The notes below the pieces were generated by a model. It was not told the origin of the DNA. It saw only the letters and a list, made by a program, of their open reading frames with translations, and ran no database searches. The translations under genes were made by a program, and so were the position numbers. Positions 57,579 through 63,790 of a DNA stretch of 63,790 nucleotides are shown in pieces; the first letter of the stretch is position 1; every line of letters starts with the position of its first letter. Where the stretch lies: NCBI GenBank assembly GCA_949292105.1, contig CASEYK010000023.1, positions 1-63,790 of the forward strand. The letters are read 5' to 3'. Origin of the DNA: an uncultured bacterium (GTDB lineage: Bacteria > Bacillota_I > Bacilli_A > RFN20 > CAG-826).

Positions 57579-59379
57579 TAAAATTTTTAGCAAAGTCCTC
57601 CCTCTAATTTTTGTTTTAGGTGTAGGCATGTCTTTTTTATCTTCTTGTAGCAGTGGAGGTTCTTCTTCCATCGGTTCCCAAACATTAAGAATCTTAAACT
57701 GGGAAGATTACATTTATGAAAATGATCCTCTTAATGGCTATGACGAGGCTGATTTGACCGACCAATTTATTGCTTATGTAAAAGAAAATTATCCCCAATA
57801 TCAAAATGTTAATGTCGTTTACGATACAACCGATACCAACGAAACGATGTATAACGAAATTAAAACTGGCAAGTCACAGTATGATTTGATATGTCCAAGC
57901 GATTATATGATTCAAAAGATGTTATCGGCTGATATGCTTGAAAAGCTCGATAGAAGTCTTATTCCGAATTATGAAAATTATGCTTCCTCACATATTAAAA
58001 ACATTTTGGATAGCATCAGCGCTCATAACAATGTAACTGATACTGATGAATATCTAAAGGATTATGCCGTCGGTTACATGTGGGGAACCCTTGGTATTTT
58101 ATTTAATCCAACCTATTCCAAATTAAATGTCAGCGAAGAACAAATTATTTCAGATACTCAGTCATGGACTGTTTTGTGGAATAAAGACTATAAAGGGACA
58201 ATTTCCGTCAAAGATAGTATGCGCGATACTTATGCGGCTGGTTTGATGTATACATATGATGATGAGTTGACTGCTTTGCGCGAAGAATATCTTGGCGGTG
58301 TGATAGACGAAACCACATATAACGCTGAATTAACTGAAATTTTCAATCGATGCGAAAAAGATCAAGTTAACGCTGTTGAAAAATCTCTTAATGAATTAAA
58401 GAAAAACATTTTTGGTCTAGAAGTCGATTCAGGAAAAGAAGATATTGTAACAGGAAAAATTGGTATTAATCTTGCCTGGAGCGGTGACGCAGTTTATTCC
58501 ATGGATCAAGCCGAAGATGAAGAACTTGTCACGACTCCACATGAGCTTTGCTACGCTGTTCCTGAAAATGGTGGCAACATCTGGTTTGATGGCTGGGTTA
58601 TGCCAAAATTAAGTGAAGACAATCCTCGTAGTCAAGCACAATATGAGCTTGCTCATATCTTCTTAAATTTCATTTCCGATCCTGCTAATGCTTCACAAAA
58701 TATGAATTACATCGGATATACTTCTTTTATTGCTGGAGATGCTATTTTAGAACTCGTTCGTGACTGGTACGATTATAGAACTGACCTTCTTTGGTACGAT
58801 GAAGAAAATGATGACTATTTTGATAATGTTTATTACGTTGACCCACTAACAAATGAGGTTGTTGATGCTGATTATCCTGATGTTCATTTTGCATCAGAAA
58901 GCGATAGTGCATATGACAATGTTGAATTGTTTGGTGTGTATGAAGGCGAAGAAGAAGTGACGATTGGAACTTATAATGACCGCTTTATTCTTCCTGATGA
59001 CATTGAAGAAGTAGATTTAACTTATTTCTTTGCTGGTACTCTCGATGAGTATGAAGATGGTGTCGACACTATTTTTTATAGCGATTGTTATTTGCCTTAT
59101 TATAATGAAGACGGTTCTCATAATATTTGCGTTGGAAGACAATTTTTCACACAGTATCCAAATTATGAAACTATTGTGCGTTGCGCGGTCATGGAAGATT
59201 ATAAAGAAAACAATCAATACATTCTCACAATGTGGGAAAATTTCAAAAGCGATCCGCTTCCAACTTGGGCAATTATTTTGTTTGTCTTAGAAATTGTTGC
59301 GATTGGTGGAATGTCAATCTTCTTTATTGCCCGCCGAAAAATCTCCAAGAAGAGAAGAATCAAAAGAAAACAAAATTAA
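57568..59379 (+). CDS. potD: Polyamine-binding protein, enlarged, with C-terminal TM
   Basis: Lipobox LSSC; NWEDYI, TNETMY, PSDYMI, YMWGTLGI, WSGDA and NIWFDGW motifs. Confidence 0.88.
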   Translation: MKDNKIFSKVLPLIFVLGVGMSFLSSCSSGGSSSIGSQTLRILNWEDYIYENDPLNGYDEADLTDQFIAYVKENYPQYQNVNVVYDTTDTNETMYNEIKTGKSQYDLICPSDYMIQKMLSADMLEKLDRSLIPNYENYASSHIKNILDSISAHNNVTDTDEYLKDYAVGYMWGTLGILFNPTYSKLNVSEEQIISDTQSWTVLWNKDYKGTISVKDSMRDTYAAGLMYTYDDELTALREEYLGGVIDETTYNAELTEIFNRCEKDQVNAVEKSLNELKKNIFGLEVDSGKEDIVTGKIGINLAWSGDAVYSMDQAEDEELVTTPHELCYAVPENGGNIWFDGWVMPKLSEDNPRSQAQYELAHIFLNFISDPANASQNMNYIGYTSFIAGDAILELVRDWYDYRTDLLWYDEENDDYFDNVYYVDPLTNEVVDADYPDVHFASESDSAYDNVELFGVYEGEEEVTIGTYNDRFILPDDIEEVDLTYFFAGTLDEYEDGVDTIFYSDCYLPYYNEDGSHNICVGRQFFTQYPNYETIVRCAVMEDYKENNQYILTMWENFKSDPLPTWAIILFVLEIVAIGGMSIFFIARRKISKKRRIKRKQN

Positions 59380-59392
59380 CATTAAAAACATT

Positions 59393-59420
59393 AAAAAGAC
59401 AGCAAAATTGCTGTTTTTTT
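59393..59420 (+). terminator. Intrinsic terminator of the pot operon
   Basis: AAAAAGACAGCAA-AA-TTGCTGTTTTTTT. Confidence 0.8.
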
Positions 59421-59489
59421 ATTTATTTGCTTTCTTTTATTTAATGTTCCGCTATAATGAAAAAGTGTTTTTACAAAGGAGGGAAATTT

Positions 59490-61055
59490 ATGAAAAAAAC
59501 ACTATTATTTGGCGTTGCCGCTTTGTCATTAGCGATGGCGGCGTGTGGTAACAACTCTTCGAGCGAACCAGTTGAACTAACTCAAACAGATGTTGCCAAT
59601 CTTTTGAATGGATTAGCCAGTCAATTCGTTAACGGCTATACATCACTTTCAAGAAATTACATGGATAGTTACTTGGATGGCACGATTTTTACCAACAGGC
59701 TTGAAAAAACAACATTTAGAATTCACGAAAATGGTTTTGATGCCGACGCGTCCATTTGTGAGCCGACTACCGTTCCAACATCGCTTGAATACGAATCATC
59801 AGTTGAAGGCCGCTATGCCGCTTATATTCTCGACGATGACTATTATATTCGTGGATTTTTAAGTAATGGATCTGATCACAGCGCAGATTATTACGAATAT
59901 AATGAAAACAATCTCTATACCGATTTGCCATCGCTTGCTCTTTCTAGTTTTACTGGTATGCTAAGCGATACAACGCGAGCGTTTTCTGCCCCTGAAGAAT
60001 TATGGCCTTCTTCATACAATTTTACGGTGAATGAATTTGTTTCGGAGATTAGTGAAGATAACAATATCATTTGTAGCATTTCTGCATTTGCTCCCGAAGA
60101 TGATTACTATGCCTACGAAGAGGGTAAGGCAACCATTACCATTTCTGGGGATGGAAAGACAATACTAGGCATGGACTTTACTGTTATTGTTTATGATTTT
60201 GGATTTAGTACAGATCCAGAGTTGCATGCTGCAACATACAATTATTATTCAGTGACTGACATTGAATATGGCAATCTTTTAACATCGGCTGTTGAACCTT
60301 TTGATGTTAATGATTTTAGTGCTGATGGAATTGTTAATGCTCCTCACCAAATTGTTGAGAATATTCCTTCTGGACAAATTGAGGCTGATGTCGTCCAAGA
60401 AATTATGGCTAATTACAAGGCATATAATGAAGGCATTGTATCTTCTTCAACCACTGGATATGCTTTAGAAAATTATGATAGTTCTTGGAATGATGTTGGG
60501 CCTGCTGTGATTACGCAAGAAGCAACTCGATATTTAGATAACATCATGATTGTAGAGACTAGTTATGATTATGATGATGAAACCATTGCTGATTCACTAA
60601 TTTATTCTCAACATGTCGCTGGTGAAGACGGCATTGAAATAATGGAGAAAAATGGAACAGAACTAACTGGCATACTCAACAATAAGGAATACATTGCTTC
60701 TTTGAATGATTATTTAAATCCTTCTCCGCTATATCGAGATATGACACTTCCATCCGCTTTATCTTTTATCGGCAGCAATGGCTTTGGGTCATTTGAAGAT
60801 TCTTATTCAACGACTGATGTTGCACTCGTTTCAGCAGTTAAAGAAGGTACAAATATCACTATTAAAATGACATACGATGTCACATCGGTTTTTTACACTC
60901 TTGATTATGATTTAGAAATTGTCATCGTCGATGATTTTATGACAACAATCAATATGGATTCCGACGATGGAACTTATAGTCATTACAGCATGGTTAAAGG
61001 AAATTTGACCCAATTCGACGGTGAGTTAATTCCGTTTGAACCGACGCTTTATTAA
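59490..61055 (+). CDS. Hypothetical acidic lipoprotein
   Basis: MKKTLLFGVAALSLAMAAC lipobox, Ser linker, RBS AGGAGG. Confidence 0.8.
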   Translation: MKKTLLFGVAALSLAMAACGNNSSSEPVELTQTDVANLLNGLASQFVNGYTSLSRNYMDSYLDGTIFTNRLEKTTFRIHENGFDADASICEPTTVPTSLEYESSVEGRYAAYILDDDYYIRGFLSNGSDHSADYYEYNENNLYTDLPSLALSSFTGMLSDTTRAFSAPEELWPSSYNFTVNEFVSEISEDNNIICSISAFAPEDDYYAYEEGKATITISGDGKTILGMDFTVIVYDFGFSTDPELHAATYNYYSVTDIEYGNLLTSAVEPFDVNDFSADGIVNAPHQIVENIPSGQIEADVVQEIMANYKAYNEGIVSSSTTGYALENYDSSWNDVGPAVITQEATRYLDNIMIVETSYDYDDETIADSLIYSQHVAGEDGIEIMEKNGTELTGILNNKEYIASLNDYLNPSPLYRDMTLPSALSFIGSNGFGSFEDSYSTTDVALVSAVKEGTNITIKMTYDVTSVFYTLDYDLEIVIVDDFMTTINMDSDDGTYSHYSMVKGNLTQFDGELIPFEPTLY

Positions 61056-61071
61056 TTCAAAAACACGATAT

Positions 61072-61101
61072 AAAAGCCAGAATTTGTCGTTCTGGCTTTT
61101 T
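61072..61101 (+). terminator. Intrinsic terminator
   Basis: AAAAGCCAGAA...TTCTGGCTTTTT. Confidence 0.8.
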
Positions 61102-61137
61102 ATTTTTCTAATAAAAAATAGTTCGATATTATTTTCC

Positions 61138-61167
61138 TTGTCTATTTAAAAAAGATAGTGCTATAAT
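61138..61167 (+). promoter_or_regulatory. tRNA operon promoter
   Basis: TTGTCT, 18-bp spacer ending in TGn, then TATAAT. Confidence 0.7.
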
Positions 61168-61184
61168 TTAATGCGCTACGCGGT

Positions 61185-61259
61185 GGTTCCTTAGCCAAGT
61201 TGGTAAGGCAGTTGACTGCAACTCAACGACCATCGGTTCAAATCCGGTAGGAACCTCCA
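61185..61259 (+). tRNA. tRNA-Cys(GCA)
   Basis: Cloverleaf, loop CT-GCA-AC, U73 discriminator, CCA. Confidence 0.95.
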
Positions 61260-61273
61260 TTTCTAGCAACGAT

Positions 61274-61350
61274 GCGCCTTTAGCTCAACTGGATAGAGTG
61301 TCAGACTACGAATCTGGAGGTTGCGAGTTCGATTCTTGCCAGGCGCGCCA
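61274..61350 (+). tRNA. tRNA-Arg(ACG)
   Basis: Cloverleaf, loop CT-ACG-AA, CCA; T7-C66 mismatch. Confidence 0.93.
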
Positions 61351-61360
61351 AAAGTCATGT

Positions 61361-61438
61361 CGGGATGTAGCGTAGCTTGGCTATCGCGTCTGCTTTGGGA
61401 GCAGAAGGCCGCTGGTTCGAATCCAGTCATCCCGACCA
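61361..61438 (+). tRNA. tRNA-Pro(TGG)
   Basis: Cloverleaf, C1-G72, loop TT-TGG-GA, CCA. Confidence 0.95.
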
Positions 61439-61459
61439 TTTATTAAAAAATGTGGAATT

Positions 61460-61535
61460 GGGGCTGTGGCTCAGCTGGGAGAGCGCCTGATTTGCATTCA
61501 GGAGGTCGAGGGTTCGATCCCCTTCAGCTCCACCA
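61460..61535 (+). tRNA. tRNA-Ala(TGC)
   Basis: Cloverleaf, G3-U70, loop TT-TGC-AT, CCA. Confidence 0.95.
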
Positions 61536-61547
61536 AGAGAAAAATAT

Positions 61548-61624
61548 GGCTGCGTAGCTCAGCTGGCTAGAGCAATCGGTTCATACCCGGTCGGTCGAGG
61601 GTTCGAATCCCCCCGCAGCTACCA
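61548..61624 (+). tRNA. tRNA-Met(CAT), elongator
   Basis: Cloverleaf, loop TT-CAT-AC; lacks initiator features. Confidence 0.9.
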
Positions 61625-61638
61625 TTTTTTATTAAGGA

Positions 61639-61715
61639 GGACCGTTAGCTCAATAGGTTAGAGCTACCCGCTCATAACGGGTTGGTTCTGGGTTCAAGTC
61701 CTGGACGGTCCACCA
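61639..61715 (+). tRNA. tRNA-Ile2(CAT, lysidine type)
   Basis: GGACC acceptor stem, loop CT-CAT-AA, and position after Met in the conserved cluster. Confidence 0.88.
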
Positions 61716-61760
61716 AACGCATATTTTATCGAAGAGATATGAACATATAAATGTCATGCT

Positions 61761-61848
61761 GGAAGGTTGGCCGAGTGGTCGATGGCACCTGTCTTGAAAA
61801 CAGGAGATGCGCAAGTATCCGTGGGTTCGAATCCCTCACCTTCCGCCA
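61761..61848 (+). tRNA. tRNA-Ser(TGA)
   Basis: Long variable arm, loop CT-TGA-AA, G73, CCA. Confidence 0.95.
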
Positions 61849-61910
61849 TTTTTATTATCTAGACTTGTTTTGGGCTTGATTTTTCTAATTTGATATATGA
61901 CAATTTACGT

Positions 61911-62945
61911 ATGGAAAAGTTAAAAATTAATATGTATGCAGGTGGTCTTAAAATTGAAGGCCAAGGTGTCGGAGCGAATTTTTTTGAACAAGTTGATCTA
62001 GTACAAAAAATTCCTTCTTTGGAAATAACTATTAACGGTAAGCATCCGAAACGTTATGACATCAATCATTTTCATACGGTCAATCCTCATTTTTACTTCA
62101 AATTTAGGAAGAAAAAAATTAACGTTTGTTACGTTCATTTTATTCCTGAAAAAGATGATGGTTCTTTAAAGATGCCGAAGTGGATGTTTGGGCCATATCG
62201 TTGGTACGTTTTAAAGTTTTATAAAAAGGCTGATGAAGTTATAGTCGTTAACCCTTACTTCATCAAAGATTTGATTAATATTGGTATTCCTAAAGATAAA
62301 ATTACTTACATTCCTAATTTCGTGAGCGATGAAAAATTTCATCCTTTAAGCGAAGATAAAATTATTAAAATCAAAGAAGAATTTAAGATTCCTCTCGATA
62401 AATTTATCGTCTTAGGAGTGGGTCAAACTCAAACCCGTAAAGGGATCTTAGATTTTTATGAAGTAGCGAAGGCAAATCCGCATCTACATTTCGTTTGGGC
62501 CGGTGGTTTTTCCTTTGGAAAAATTACAGCCGGTTACGAAGAAATTAAAAAGATCATGGATAATCCGCCTTCGAATTTACAATTCCTCGGCATCGTTCCA
62601 AGAGCGAGGATGAACGATATTTTTAATACTTCGGATATGTTATTTTTACCATCTTATCAAGAATTATTCCCGATGACGTTACTTGAATGCATCAACGTCG
62701 AAAAGCCTTTCTTAGTAAGAGATTTAGATTTATATAAAGATATCTTTCTATCTCCTTACCTTGTGGGTCATTCCAATGAAGAATTTTCGACCTTAATTAA
62801 TAAAATTAAAGACGATGAAAAATTTAAGGATTTAGTCAAATCTTATTCTCTAGCGATAAGAGATTTCTATAGCCGCGAACACGTCTCGAAATTATGGGAT
62901 GAATACTATCATCGCATCTACGATAAATATCCTCATAAACACTAG
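61911..62945 (+). CDS. GT4 glycosyltransferase, glycolipid synthase (CpoA/DGS-like)
   Basis: GQGVG, YIPNFV, GVGQxQxRKG, WAGGFSFG and PSYQELFPMTLLE motifs. Confidence 0.85.
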   Translation: MEKLKINMYAGGLKIEGQGVGANFFEQVDLVQKIPSLEITINGKHPKRYDINHFHTVNPHFYFKFRKKKINVCYVHFIPEKDDGSLKMPKWMFGPYRWYVLKFYKKADEVIVVNPYFIKDLINIGIPKDKITYIPNFVSDEKFHPLSEDKIIKIKEEFKIPLDKFIVLGVGQTQTRKGILDFYEVAKANPHLHFVWAGGFSFGKITAGYEEIKKIMDNPPSNLQFLGIVPRARMNDIFNTSDMLFLPSYQELFPMTLLECINVEKPFLVRDLDLYKDIFLSPYLVGHSNEEFSTLINKIKDDEKFKDLVKSYSLAIRDFYSREHVSKLWDEYYHRIYDKYPHKH

Positions 62946-62994
62946 TGATATCTTTTAAAATTTAGTGCTAAAATAATTTTACGAGGTGAGAGAT

Positions 62995-63453
62995 ATGAAT
63001 AAATTTATGAAACTCGCTATAAGCGAGGCTAGAAAAGGCATAAGAAATGGTCATGGTGGACCATTTGGTGCGGTCGTGGTTAAAGATGGCGAAGTAATCG
63101 CTAAAGGACATAATCAAGTTTTAAAAAACGATGATCCGACGTGTCACGGCGAAATGATGGCTATTCGTAAAGCGTGTAAGAAACTTCATACTTTCGATTT
63201 ATCTGGTTGTGAAATTTATACGACTGGTGAACCTTGTCCGATGTGTTTAAGCGCTATTTTGTGGGCGAACATCGAAAAAATTTATTATGGTTGTAACATT
63301 ATCGATACGGAAGATATCGGTTTTAGAGACGCTAAATTTTATGAATTATCAGAGCCTAAAAATCGTGATAAACTCCTCGTCGAGTTGGACCGTAAGGCTT
63401 GTTTAAAACTTTATAACGAATATAAGCTTATCAAAGATAAGACTATCTATTAA
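62995..63453 (+). CDS. Nucleoside/guanine deaminase (CDA fold, GuaD-like)
   Basis: GGPFGAVVV, DPTCHGE, EPCPMC and GFRD motifs. Confidence 0.88.
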   Translation: MNKFMKLAISEARKGIRNGHGGPFGAVVVKDGEVIAKGHNQVLKNDDPTCHGEMMAIRKACKKLHTFDLSGCEIYTTGEPCPMCLSAILWANIEKIYYGCNIIDTEDIGFRDAKFYELSEPKNRDKLLVELDRKACLKLYNEYKLIKDKTIY

Positions 63454-63455
63454 TT

Positions 63456-63790
63456 ATGATCAATCTTCTAAGAAGATTATTCATCAAAAATTATCGTGAC
63501 GTCAAATATGAAAAAGTCAGAGCTGCGCATGGAAAACTCGGGGCGTGGTTCGGTATTTTTAGTAACGCTATTTTGTTTTTAGCTAAATTTATTAGTGGTC
63601 TACTTTCTAAAAGTGTTTCCGTCGTTAGTGATTCGATTAATAACTTGAGCGATTTCGCTAATTCATCCATCACTTTAGTGGGCTTTAAAATTTCTTCTAA
63701 ACCTGCGGATAAAAAGCATCCTTTTGGCCACCAAAGAATGGAATATATAACTGGTTTAATCGTCTCAATTGTCATCATTGCTCTAGCTAT
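63456..63790 (+). CDS. Cation diffusion facilitator transporter (5' part, runs off the window)
   Basis: Not in the ORF track. Manual translation MINLLRRLFIK...VSDSINNLSD...KPADKKHPFGHQRMEYI matches CDF motifs. Confidence 0.88.
   Translation, partial: MINLLRRLFIKNYRDVKYEKVRAAHGKLGAWFGIFSNAILFLAKFISGLLSKSVSVVSDSINNLSDFANSSITLVGFKISSKPADKKHPFGHQRMEYITGLIVSIVIIALA

Noticed and set aside
63491-63778. 95-aa minus-strand ORF
   Set aside because: Antisense to the partial CDF transporter on the plus strand.
1-63790. CRISPR array, prophage, rRNA, retron/RT or other defence system; alternative genetic code
   Set aside because: No spaced direct repeats or cas, phage, RT or nuclease motifs were recognised. 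Conserved genes are full length under code 11, with TGA as a stop (e.g. pduL).

Overview
AT-rich chromosomal segment (roughly 30-35% GC by eye; standard code, TGA used as stop). It most likely comes from a reduced-genome, Mollicutes-adjacent Bacilli/Erysipelotrichia gut lineage; this is inferred from gene content and tRNA cluster order. The window opens exactly at one end of an ISLre2-like insertion sequence (1-1392), followed by a TetR/ABC-exporter pair. A ~17 kb mosaic Wzx/Wzy-type surface polysaccharide locus (5289-22400) is split into three oppositely oriented units. The rest is mostly housekeeping: pgi, oligoendopeptidase, hydA plus a carbamoylase, a GtrA/flavoenzyme/GT-C glycosylation cassette, mgtE, pduL, metK, hpf, hsp20, mscL, add, ldh and potABCD. 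There are 13 tRNA genes, in two clusters plus one singleton. Best candidates for undescribed biology: (i) an amidoligase (AsnB-like)-cytidylyltransferase fusion next to wzx and licD; (ii) an XRE-HTH fused to the sugar-nucleotide dehydratase FnlA; (iii) a SAM-I-like riboswitch with P4 and a 6-bp pseudoknot but no kink-turn; (iv) a GtrA-flavoenzyme-GT-C cassette without GtrB; (v) widespread leaderless-type promoters. No CRISPR array, prophage or rRNA was seen. All product calls are motif-based readings, not database results.
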